Source: Octopus sinensis (Eukaryota). Taken from it: 64,000 nucleotides of DNA. A program made the translations under genes and the position numbers. The stretch covers positions 56,668,001 through 56,732,000 of the forward strand of contig NC_042997.1 of the NCBI RefSeq assembly GCF_006345805.1, in the 5' to 3' direction. This document shows, one piece after another, positions 52,474 through 59,997 of the stretch; position 1 is the first letter of the stretch, and each line of letters begins with the position of its first letter. The notes beneath the pieces are model-generated. The model saw only the letters and a program-made list of their open reading frames with translations, did no database searches and was not told where the DNA came from.

Positions 52474-55400
52474 TACATACATATGGCATCCAGCTATAGA
52501 AACCATGCCAAAACAGACAACAGAACTTAGCATAACCCTCTGGCTTGCCAACTCTTGTCAAACCATCCAACCTATGCCAGTATGGCAAACTGACATTAAA
52601 TGATGATGATGATGATATTTATAAGGAAGGCAGTCAATCAATGGACTGTCTTCAGAGCACAACTTGTCAAAAGAGTTTAATAATGATAGATTTCATGGAA
52701 ATTGATGTGAAGTAGAATGAGGTGTGGGTGGGCACACAGGTAAGAATGAAATACACTCGTTTTTTCCATTAAAAGTAAATAAATCTTAATCTCTAACACT
52801 CTAAAGCCATTTCTAAGACATTTCAACCCTACTCGTGCTAATAGCAGCAATAATTCATGAAGCAACTGATAAATATATAGATAAGAGTTTCTTATCTTAT
52901 TCACACATCATAGTAGTAGTGGATCTGCCAATTTGTGTACACAAATACAAGATGGCTATATATATATTTATCTTACTGGCTTGAGTTTAAAGAATTACTA
53001 TAAACCGTGAGTTTCAGTTAACTGCAGTCAATATAGTAACATGCAGTCAATATAGTAACATTCAAGGTATACAAAGATAAAAAAAAAGCAAAGGAATCTT
53101 CTGAAAGCATTTGTAAACAACTAGTTCTGACAAAATATGGCTACTGTGCCAAATTCTTTCATTTAAGCACTGCTATTTTTTGACTCAATAGCCACTGAAA
53201 TTAGCAGCTTGTTCTATAAAAACGTTTTTACATTTCTTATGTGTTTCTGAAAGTGATAAATATATCCTCATCTGAATTCTATAATTTAACCTAAAAAGTC
53301 ACTCTGAAAAATGTTAGCACACAAAAAAGAGAATGCCACAGAAAAACTATCAGTAATAAATTTCATTCTTTCCCAGTTATTTCTTTTCTTAACTTTCAAC
53401 TTGACAAAATGAGAATGTTTTCATAAATAATAACCAGTGAAGGAGAAAGTTGAAAAAGATTTTTTAAATGAAACCAAAATTTCAACTTGAATTAAAACAC
53501 AATGTAAAAATCTAAAATTTGAATTCAAATCAATAAAGTCCTTCATTTTCCCTTGAGTTTTAATTTAAGTTCAAATTTTAGTTTTAAACCAGCATCTTAT
53601 ATAATCAATTTATGAGAAAAAATAAAAACATGCCTTATATCTAATTCTATGAGAAATGCGTCTGATATACAAAAATGGAAAATGGATGCAGTAGAAGTCA
53701 TCTCTTTCTAATATGCAAACCAGTGGGAAAATGCAAGAAAGGAAAAAAAGGGAAACTGGGTCAACTAAAAATTGAACAGGTATTGCAGGTTTGGGTTTAA
53801 AAAAATGACCACTATCACTATAGTTTTCACACCATTACTACAGTACATTATTGTTAATTTGATTTTAAATGTAACTAAGTCAACTTGTAAGGATAATGAT
53901 GGGAAACAAAGAAGAAACTTTGTACAAAACATTTACAAACCATGTCATAAACATGAGGCAAAAGTTGACCTCCAAAAAAGTCTGTAGCTTCTCGTGGTAT
54001 TTGAGCTGGCATGTTGCTAATTGAACAAATCAGAACACCATCACCTGCAAAACTAACATTTGTACAATCTAGAATTATAACTATAGTTTTTTTTTTTTAA
54101 AACATTGAAAATAGAATAAATTTATAATGTACCAATACTAATGATTTCCAAGAAGAAACAATATACAAATATTAGCACTGTAACCTTTAAGAATATAACT
54201 TAGCAATTAATAGCACATGAACCTCAGACACTATTGTTAAAATATTAGTATCATATAAAAAAAAATTTAGCAAGCACCATGCAAAGCTTACAATTAAAAT
54301 CTATATCATATTAGTACACAATACAATAATTTATACCACACTAGTATCGCAATATTTGGTGTTACTGTATATCATACTAGCATCATTCAAACATTATAAA
54401 TATTCAATTATCATTCAATAACAGACAATATCACAATAGGTTCACACCCAGCACTCAGTAAAAATAATCCCAACATTACCATATCAATTCACTGTAGTTT
54501 CTTGATTATAAAAATAACTTTTTTTTTAATAATTTTTTTATGAAGACGGTTTTAGCAGCAACATTCCTTTTTTGCCATTCAATATTATTACTGTACCTAG
54601 ATTTTACTTACCTGCAACACCTTCAGATAAGCCTGAAATACTAGTGTCTCCATGTCTCATAGCAACTGAACTCACTAAACTCTTGTCCTCATCATCATCG
54701 TTTAACATCTTTTTTCCATGCTAGCATGGGTTGGACAGTTTGACTGAGGTCTAGAGAGCCAGTAGCTGCACCAGGCTCCAATCTAGTCTGGCAATGTTTC
54801 TACAGCTGGATGCCGTTTCTAACGCCAGAGTGTAGTGGGTGCCTTTTATGTGCCTATGGACAAACTGATGCTGATTCATAAGTTTGAGCAGATTCTGCAT
54901 TTTACCATATGCTTAAATAGCCTTTCTCATTATATATACCCTTATCATTAGTATAATTCCTGTGAGAAGTTTAACTTTCAAAGATCTAATTAACCTTTAG
55001 TTGCTTTCATAAAGGAGAATGCAAATTGAATTACATTGGAGCACCCAAGTAAATTTTTAGTGTATCTCTTGATTGGAAGGAAGAAAGAAAAAGGGAATTT
55101 TTAATAAATTTCAGAGAATGTGATCTTAAAGTGGTAAGAATATGCATCTATTGCTGCAATAGGTTCAGATTTAACCAACTTTCCAGCCATTTTAGGGTGA
55201 AATGACCATGCTGAAGACATGAATAATCATGTATGGCAAATAACCATCTTACATCAGCATATTTTGATGATTCCCTATTTAAATAGGGGCTAGTGGACAG
55301 GGTAAAGCCCACATTCTCAAGCCAGAGTTGGGCAATGACCTAGTAATAAGCTCAACACTGAATCAGTTTAGAAATGAGGTGATGCCTTCTAGACCCATAG

Positions 55401-58400
55401 AGGCTGGTTGAATGAGTCCATCAACAAGAGATGTCCAATCTGGGTTCCTATATGTTATTGTGCTGAAATGGAACTGATATATTTTCCATACAGATTCCTT
55501 TAGTAAGGTCAAGTGTTGGTGAAACATTCGAAGAGTTATAAATGTAACCAAATTACCTTTCTGTTTCCATATGTTGCTCTGCATCGTAAAGGCAAAATGG
55601 ACGATCAATTGTGGTACATTCCTTCATGAATTCTATTGAGCCTCCAGGATCAGCAGAGATATCACAGATAGCAAGCAAACGATGGGGAAGAAGAGGACAG
55701 CCTTGCATGGACGATAGCCATGGTGTTGCAGCTGGTTTCAATAAGTTCTTGGCATCAGGGATGGTTATAAGTCGAGGAGTATTTACAGACCAGTAGATAC
55801 CATTTACTATGCAAGAGGCATATGGTGCTATCTGAAAGTTTGAAAGACATGTAACAATATAATTTACTTGATAAAGCAAGGATTGCTTTTTAGTTAGACA
55901 ATGTAAGAAATATGTTGCTGACCAAAGACTTAAATTACAACATAAATCAAATAGAAACTACAGCTGCTACTGCTATCACCACCACTACATTTCATATGCA
56001 TTGTTCATCATATATGAGGAAAAAAACACTACTGAGATCACGTTTCCACAGTATTATCTGCTATGCAGCTTGATCTTGTGCCAGTCCGCAATTGATATCC
56101 AGACATTTCAGGTTACTGCTGACATTCTCTATCCAGCATTTCTTCAAATGACCTAAGTGATGGACAGAAGATGCTGTTGTTCTGTAAGCTGAGCATCTTT
56201 TTTTAGCCATTTATTCTTACGCGTTACATCATTCTCCATCTGATACGAGTTCAACTTCAAACATACTTAAATGATGTCTTGGTTCTGATAATGAATACTC
56301 AAATGATTTTGTAAAGCAGACTGTAATCACAGTCGTCATTTCAAGTGAGGTAGTTTAAAATAAAAATATTATCTACCTTGTATGCTTGAAAACAGGTTCA
56401 GCAGCTTATGAATTAACTAAAATTTTATGTAAAAGACATATAAATAATATTATATGCAAAGTAAATGATACATCAATATGTGAAGTGCACAGCTCAGTGG
56501 TTAGAACATAGAGCTCACAATCATGACCCCAGGTGAGTTGATTCCCGAGCAGGGCTGTGTGCTGTGTTCTTGAGAAAAACACTATATTTCGCGTTGCTCC
56601 AGTTCACTCAACTGTAGAAATGAGTTGTGACATCACTGGTGCCAAGCTATATCAACCTTTGCTTTCCCTGGGATAAAATTATCAAACATAATACAACTCA
56701 TTCTGTTTATTTATTTTTTTTTTGTATTCAAAAGTTAATTCTGGAAAAATCAAATGTTGTAATTATCAGAAAGTTAAGTAAAACACCCAATATTAAATGG
56801 GTGTTTTACTTAACTTTGGCATCACACGTACCCTGGTCCGTACGTGCATGTATGTATGTATGTATGTATGTATGTGTGTGTGTATATGTGTGTGTGTGTA
56901 TATGTGTGTGTGTATGTGTGTGTGTGTGTGTGTGTGTGTATGTATAGATAGATAGATGAAGTATCAACTTTGGAATTCAATTATGGATAATGATTCTTTA
57001 ATCTTACTAACATAAGAAGTAATCAAAGACTATATGTGATATTTCTTACTAACATTAATGTGCATTAGCATATTAACATCATAACATATTTAATTACAAC
57101 ACTAAAATGATATACAATGATATACTAATTTGTTTCAATAACAACAGTCAATTAAAACAATAAACTATAGAATAATGAAAGTACAGATAGCATATGTCCC
57201 ATGCTTCTGTGTTCATTCAAGATAAGAATTTTCAAGAGATATTTGAGAAAATGTGACAATTATGCAATGTTTGTGTTTGTCAGTCAAGTAACATGTATAA
57301 CAAAGTTTGTGTTCTTAGATATCAATTTAGAAATATTATTTTAGTTATCTAAATATCTTTATGAATAATAATTTTAATAATTACAGTTTAGATGTAGGCA
57401 TGGCTATGTGGTTAACAAGTTCACTTCCTAACTATGTGGTTTCAGGTTTAGTCTCAATGTGACACCTAGGGCAAATGTCATCAACTTTGACCCCAAGTGA
57501 GATGGTAGATTTGTTAAATGGAAACATAAAGAAGCCCAGCATTCACACACACACACACACATCTGCATACATACACAAATGTATATATTTACATGTGTGT
57601 GTGTATGCATAAGTGTATGCATGATGTGTGGTGTCCTTCATTTTTAAGCGTTAGTGAAAACATACCCAATCATGGGAGAATATTACGTTGTTTGGGAACA
57701 AATAAGAACTGGTGACAAGTAGGGCATCTGGCCATAGAAAATCGCTTCGACATATTTTGTCTCTCCATGCAAGCATGGGAAAGTGAATGTTGAAATGATG
57801 ATGGTGATTTTAAAAAGGAATAAAAAAGATTTTATTTTGATGTTTACTTACTTTATGACTAAAAACTGAAATATATCTTTCTGGATGAACTTCAAATTCT
57901 TCTGCATCAAAAGAACCTTCATCTTTTCGGACAAAATGATCTTCTCGACTGACTACACAAGCGTAAAGTTTATTTGTGACTGTAATAAAAACAATAAAAA
58001 TTACATATATTTCGCTATATAATTTTATTTCTATGTGAGTGCATTATTGAGAGAGAGAGTAAGATAGAAATACACATATACAAACAAATAGATAGATATT
58101 AGATATTAACATAATTAAAATGAGGATATTAAGATAGATATTTTAGATAATGTTTAATGCATGAGATCAGGAGAAAATGAATTTTAGGATATATAAATAT
58201 ATTGCAACAGAAGCCAAATCATTTTCTTTCAGTCTGAAATCTTATACTTCATAGTTTTTATATAGTTCTTTATTTTACAGTTAAGGCCATGCTGGAATAA
58301 CATCTTCTGTCTAAAGATTTTTACAAAATACATTTCTGCATTCTTTTCAGATATTAAAAACAAACTAACAAAAAGACCTCAGGTTGTGTACTTTTATAAA

Positions 58401-59997
58401 TAACTGACCAAAAAAAAACAAAAAAAACCAACTAACCTCCCTGTTGTACAACTTTAGGTAAATGCTCTGGTTCAATGTATTCAAATGGAAGTTCTTGGAA
58501 TACCTCTTGTGCCCCCTACAAAAACAAAACATGAAGCAGAAAATAATTAGTTATCTCTTTGTACAAAAAATACTCAAGAGTTACAGTAAGATAAGTTGAC
58601 AGAGTACTTTCTGTGTGATAAGTTGTGTGATGGGTCATTGACAAATATGCTTAACTTTTAGAGGCCCAATCCACATAGTTTTAGATTTACATCATGGGGA
58701 GGTACATTTCTCTACTATGAACCAAAAAATGTATAACTTGAACTCATAAAATTGCATGCAACAAATCCTGCAATAATTCTGGAGAGGAAACTAGTGACAT
58801 TCTGCATCATTAAAAATGCAATATAAATAGCTCAAACAGTGGAATATGTTTTAAGCCTAGAGAAACCTAACAGAGAAAGGGTAAAAATAAATTCTTAACA
58901 TCAGGACACACACAAGTGAAAATTAAAAATATCACGCCTGCATATTCTCTAACCCTAAATCTAAAATAGATTGAAACGCAATAAATCGATACTAGGGCTA
59001 TAATTATGGGTGACATTTTCATTTGACACTGCTAGAAAAAAATCCCATTTTCCGTAGCGGTGTCGTATGAAATTGTCACCCATAATTATAACCCTAGTAT
59101 CAGTCTATTGTATTTCAATCTATTTTAGATTTAGGGTTAGAGTTGGGGGTGGGGGAAGGGTATCTTTTTTCTTCACAAATGTAAATAAACCCAATCTGTT
59201 TCTTAAAGGAGGGACATATTCATTATGCACAGAATGTTATTTACCTAAATGGACTCCAGTCATTGGTTAAAATTGCCGAAATGCAAGTAATTTCAGACGA
59301 AATATCTTACAAACTATAGAATTTTCTCAATAAAGCCAAGAGAAAACGATGTTTTATAAACACATTCTACCAGTATATGAAGTTTAAAACTTTTTAGTTA
59401 CCTAGAAATTATGTTACAAAGTGCTGTTCAAAAGGAAAAGATCCCAAAACCTATTTGTAGAGTAACATTTGTAGAAGAGAGAATCAGTCTCAGTATATTG
59501 CAGGTGCAATTTTATTAAATATAATAACAACAACAATAATGTTCAAATTTGAACATTAATCTTCATTTAATGTCCACTTTCCATGCTGGCATGGGTTAGA
59601 CAGTTTGACTGGAACTAGTAAGCCGGAAAGCTGCACCAGGTTCCAGTATGATTTGGTATGGTTTCTATGGCTGGATGTCCTTCCTAACACCAACTACTCT
59701 GAGAGTGTAATGGGTGCTTTTTAATGTTCCACTAGCATGGGTGCCATTTACATGACACCAGCATGCTAGATCACTGTTCTAGTGAGACGAAACGATAAAT
59801 AAAGTTTATATTTGTCATCTATAATTCATAATGTAATGAAAGCAACATACCTGAGATACATTTCCAGATCCTGTGAAAATAAAAGTAAGTGGACCAATTG
59901 ATTTAGGCATTCTACCTAGGGCTATTTCATAACCAGCATCTCGAATAGCTTGGAGGGCCATCTGACTGCTTCGGTAATTGTGGCTTGCTCCTATATG
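8435..59997 (-). CDS. AASS: Alpha-aminoadipic semialdehyde synthase (bifunctional lysine-ketoglutarate reductase/saccharopine dehydrogenase), 5'-incomplete, 19 coding exons
   Basis: Join (minus) 59851-59997, 58437-58515, 57852-57979, 55557-55831, 53941-54052, 47167-47226, 43387-43457, 28955-29082, 24854-24983, 23537-23647, 18584-18692, 17587-17663, 15819-15882, 15445-15612, 12625-12720, 11701-11816, 10547-10635, 10243-10419, 8435-8553. All introns are GT-AG with compatible phases. The 2256 nt are open to TAA and collinear with animal AASS from HIG...[11 protein letters not shown] to the C-terminus. Confidence 0.97.
10243..10419 (-). CDS. AASS: AASS penultimate exon
   Basis: tag|(Q)[20 protein letters not shown]...[28 protein letters not shown]|gtaag, 177 bp. 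Confidence 0.96.
10547..10635 (-). CDS. AASS: AASS exon (SDH domain)
   Basis: tag|(D)[29 protein letters not shown]|gtgagt, 89 bp. Confidence 0.92.
11150..11530 (+). mobile_element. Highly decayed LINE RT fragment (CR1/L2/Jockey-like)
   Basis: Frameshifted translation gives [21 protein letters not shown]...YGFH...KAF, resembling RT motifs ISLTS..K.ME / QYGFR / KAFD. Confidence 0.45.
11701..11816 (-). CDS. AASS: AASS exon (SDH domain)
   Basis: cag|[38 protein letters not shown]|gtaagt, 116 bp. Confidence 0.9.
12625..12720 (-). CDS. AASS: AASS exon (SDH domain)
   Basis: tag|[32 protein letters not shown]|gtaag, 96 bp. Confidence 0.92.
13106..13794 (+). mobile_element. RTE LINE, 5'-truncated and internally deleted
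   Basis: [24 protein letters not shown]...[12 protein letters not shown] (RT YADD region), then the 3' UTR and (GAT)n tail. Confidence 0.88.
14514..15240 (-). mobile_element. Probable non-autonomous Helitron (3' end at 14514; 5' limit uncertain)
   Basis: The minus strand ends with hairpin TCATGAA-ATA-TTCACGA followed by GTCCTG-CTAG|T. Confidence 0.45.
15445..15612 (-). CDS. AASS: AASS exon (SDH domain)
   Basis: cag|[56 protein letters not shown]|gt, 168 bp. Confidence 0.96.
15819..15882 (-). CDS. AASS: AASS exon (SDH domain)
   Basis: cag|(S)[21 protein letters not shown]|gtaagt, 64 bp. Confidence 0.94.
15925..16705 (+). mobile_element. CR1-clade LINE 3' end (5'-truncated), ORF uninterrupted
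   Basis: [15 protein letters not shown]...[20 protein letters not shown]...[10 protein letters not shown]...YPERL...NTRGH...[14 protein letters not shown], open to TGA at 16554, followed by a 3' UTR and (ATT)n tail. Confidence 0.92.
16706..17087 (+). mobile_element. Non-autonomous Helitron-like element
   Basis: 5' TATATAAAGCTGAAGTTGTCTGTGTGT; 3' subterminal hairpin CCTG-AGCAATGC-CGGG, then CGATACTG-CTAG|T. Confidence 0.7.
17587..17663 (-). CDS. AASS: AASS exon (SDH domain)
   Basis: cag|[25 protein letters not shown](S)|gtaagt, 77 bp. Confidence 0.96.
17722..17918. repeat. Compound microsatellite (TA)n/(CA)n/(CAT)n; representative of many in the window
   Basis: Direct reading. Other tracts occur at 85-170, 1781-1910, 2629-2665, 34960-35087, 35710-35756, 52388-52475, 56850-56955 and 63285-63367. 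Confidence 0.95.
18032..18390 (+). mobile_element. CORE-type SINE
   Basis: Same head, core and tail as 1624-2105. Confidence 0.82.
18584..18692 (-). CDS. AASS: AASS exon (SDH domain)
   Basis: tag|(E)[36 protein letters not shown]|gtaag, 109 bp. Confidence 0.96.
18930..19115 (-). mobile_element. SINE (GAGCTGGCAGAA-head family variant). Related copies at about 19800-19940, 22905-23110 and 60770-60985.
   Basis: The reverse complement carries GAGCTGGCAGAATTGTTAGCAC...GAGTTCAAATTC...CCTTTGATCC...GGAGTCGATAAAATAAGTACCAG. Confidence 0.75.
20900..21375 (+). mobile_element. Decayed RLE-endonuclease non-LTR retrotransposon C-terminus (R4/Dong/NeSL-like)
   Basis: Frameshifted translation: [20 protein letters not shown]...[26 protein letters not shown]...MW...IPII...[15 protein letters not shown] (PD..D RLE signature). 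Confidence 0.75.
21561..22659 (+). mobile_element. RTE LINE 3' part
   Basis: [12 protein letters not shown]...[14 protein letters not shown]...[11 protein letters not shown]...RRLCWY...RPRKTW..V.KHDLR...DRDLW; 3' UTR with a duplicated segment; (GAT)n tail. Confidence 0.9.
23537..23647 (-). CDS. AASS: AASS exon (SDH domain)
   Basis: cag|(S)[36 protein letters not shown]|gttagt, 111 bp. Confidence 0.95.
23819..24350 (-). mobile_element. RTE 3' end with internal tandem ~55-60 bp units
   Basis: (CAT)n tail at 23819, conserved 3' terminal block, about 4 tandem GGCAAC..CACGCTC..TTTTACGTGCCACC units. Confidence 0.85.
24854..24983 (-). CDS. AASS: AASS exon (SDH domain)
   Basis: cag|(A)[42 protein letters not shown](S)|gtaag, 130 bp. 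Confidence 0.9.
27300..27636 (-). mobile_element. CORE-type SINE
   Basis: Reverse complement GGCCGTGTGGTTAAGAGG...GGTTTCAGGTTC...CTTGGACAAGTG. Confidence 0.7.
27906..28530 (+). mobile_element. CORE-type SINE interrupted by a younger SINE (28055-28284)
   Basis: The inner SINE is flanked by direct repeat GGAATCTATAAGA (28042-28054, 28285-28297); host SINE sequence resumes after it. Confidence 0.82.
28545..28725 (+). mobile_element. Short RTE 3' end
   Basis: GGCACGTAAAAAGCACCCACTACAC...GGATGTTAAACGATGATGATG. Confidence 0.8.
28955..29082 (-). CDS. AASS: AASS exon (start of SDH domain, Rossmann GxG motif)
   Basis: tag|(R)[42 protein letters not shown]|gtaag, 128 bp. Confidence 0.94.
29581..29997 (+). 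mobile_element. RTE 3' end with tandem units
   Basis: About 4 GCCAG..CTGGC units, then the terminal block and (GAT)n. Confidence 0.82.
30875..31230 (+). mobile_element. CORE-type SINE, decayed
   Basis: TGTGTGGTTAAGA...TTTGGACAGGTGTC...GAAACTGAAAGAAGCCC...(GAT)-like tail. Confidence 0.65.
32508..33015 (-). mobile_element. RTE 3' end with 5 tandem units
   Basis: (CAT)n tail, terminal block, five GGCAAC..CACGCTC..GTGCCACC units. Confidence 0.85.
35859..36195. repeat. Near-perfect palindrome: 165-bp arms, 7-nt loop, 2 mismatches; each arm carries an HHR motif
   Basis: 35859-36023 is the reverse complement of 36031-36195, differing only at two positions (A/G and C/T). Confidence 0.95.
36075..36166 (+). 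ncRNA. Candidate type I hammerhead ribozyme, PLE type (mirror copy at 35888-35979 on the - strand)
   Basis: AAATTAG-CTGAAGA-T-TACT...AGTA-C-GAAA-CAATTG-TA-CTAAATT. Helix III is the palindrome ACAATTGT, the cleavage triplet is GUA, and stem I is TTAG/CTAA. Confidence 0.65.
36298..36723. repeat. Imperfect foldback: ~188-bp arms, 50-bp spacer; HHR motif on the + strand
   Basis: 36298-36485 vs 36536-36723 are reverse complements with scattered substitutions. CTGACGA (36528-36534) ... GAAACACATGTA (36604-36615). Confidence 0.88.
39617..39965 (+). mobile_element. CORE-type SINE
   Basis: GTTCAGTCCCACTGC...CTTGAGCAAGTGTC...AATGACTGAAACAAGTAAAAG. Confidence 0.75.
40200..43330 (-). mobile_element. 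RTE LINE copy (RT region to 3' tail), split by a mariner
   Basis: (CAT)n tail at 40200. The minus strand gives [10 protein letters not shown]...QERRLCWFG (40527-40721) and [12 protein letters not shown]...KPF (about 42750-42850). Confidence 0.85.
40726..41981 (+). mobile_element. Full-length, decayed mariner DNA transposon (DD34D), 1256 bp
   Basis: TIRs TTGGGTCATCCCATAAATAATGTAGTTTTTTT / AAAAAAACTGCATTATTTATGAGATAACCCAA with TA duplicated on both sides. Transposase motifs HILLYEF, WVPHKL, VTGDEKW, QDNAQPH and [13 protein letters not shown]; several stops and frameshifts, and the start codon is lost. Confidence 0.95.
43387..43457 (-). CDS. AASS: AASS exon (linker)
   Basis: cag|[23 protein letters not shown](R)|gtgaga, 71 bp. 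Confidence 0.92.
43780..44670 (-). mobile_element. RTE LINE 3' fragment, decayed
   Basis: CAACAGCACAGTCTTCTCTTGCACACTGC...ATGTACACTGACATTTTACATCCAGCAGAG is homologous to 40620-40724 plus 41984-42010. Confidence 0.8.
45900..47040 (-). mobile_element. Possible decayed LINE endonuclease region
   Basis: GA-rich + strand, and a minus-strand ATCATCCTTGGTGACCTC (IILGDL, GDFN-like motif) near 46480-46500. Confidence 0.3.
47167..47226 (-). CDS. AASS: AASS exon (linker)
   Basis: cag|[20 protein letters not shown]|gtaagt, 60 bp, phase 0/0. Confidence 0.85.
47812..48190 (+). mobile_element. CORE-type SINE
   Basis: GGCATAATTGTGTGGTTAAG...GGTTCAGTTCCACTG...ATGGGCAAGCGTC...ACTGAAACAAGTAAAAG. Confidence 0.8.
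49290..52595. mobile_element. Cluster of decayed RTE fragments in both orientations (APE, RT and 3' ends)
   Basis: INIGT...[18 protein letters not shown] (APE, - strand, about 50580-50710); [13 protein letters not shown] (- strand, about 52010-52070); 3' terminal blocks at about 50950-51140 (-) and 52480-52595 (+). Confidence 0.7.
53941..54052 (-). CDS. AASS: AASS exon (end of LKR domain)
   Basis: tag|(S)[37 protein letters not shown]|gt, 112 bp. Confidence 0.93.
54690..54855 (-). mobile_element. Short RTE 3' end. Similar copies at about 17898-17975, 59560-59765, 62170-62350 and 62557-62742.
   Basis: CATCATCATCGTTTAAC...CCATGCTAGCATGGGTTGGAC...CTACAGCTGGATGCC. Confidence 0.8.
55557..55831 (-). 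CDS. AASS: AASS exon (LKR domain)
   Basis: cag|[14 protein letters not shown]...[40 protein letters not shown](S)|gt, 275 bp. Confidence 0.97.
56466..56675 (+). mobile_element. tRNA-derived SINE (third family)
   Basis: GCTCAGTGGTTAGAAC A-box, GAGTTGATTCCC B-box, GCTCCAGTTCACTCAACTGTAGAAATGAGT body. Confidence 0.6.
57398..57800 (+). mobile_element. CORE-type SINE, decayed
   Basis: GGCATGGCTATGTGGTTAAC...CCTAGGGCAAATGTC...AAGGGCATCTGGCCATAGAAAATC. Confidence 0.65.
57852..57979 (-). CDS. AASS: AASS exon (LKR domain)
   Basis: cag|[43 protein letters not shown]|gt, 128 bp. Confidence 0.94.
58437..58515 (-). CDS. AASS: AASS exon (LKR domain)
   Basis: tag|[26 protein letters not shown]|gt, 79 bp. 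Confidence 0.94.
58947..59142. repeat. Foldback/MITE-like element: 88-bp imperfect arms, 20-bp spacer
   Basis: CTCTAACCCTAAATCTAAAATAGATTGAAA...GACACTGCTA is the reverse complement of TAGCGGTGTC...TTTCAATCTATTTTAGATTTAGGGTTAGAG, with a few mismatches. Confidence 0.85.
59851..59997 (-). CDS. AASS: AASS exon (LKR domain)
   Basis: cag|[49 protein letters not shown]|gt, 147 bp. Confidence 0.96.

Noticed and set aside
55170-55500. Minus-strand ORF 55363-55608 continuing past the AASS exon, with a KYADV-like motif further on
   Set aside because: The AASS exon ends at a GT donor at 55556. The rest is at best an unrecognisable LINE relic.
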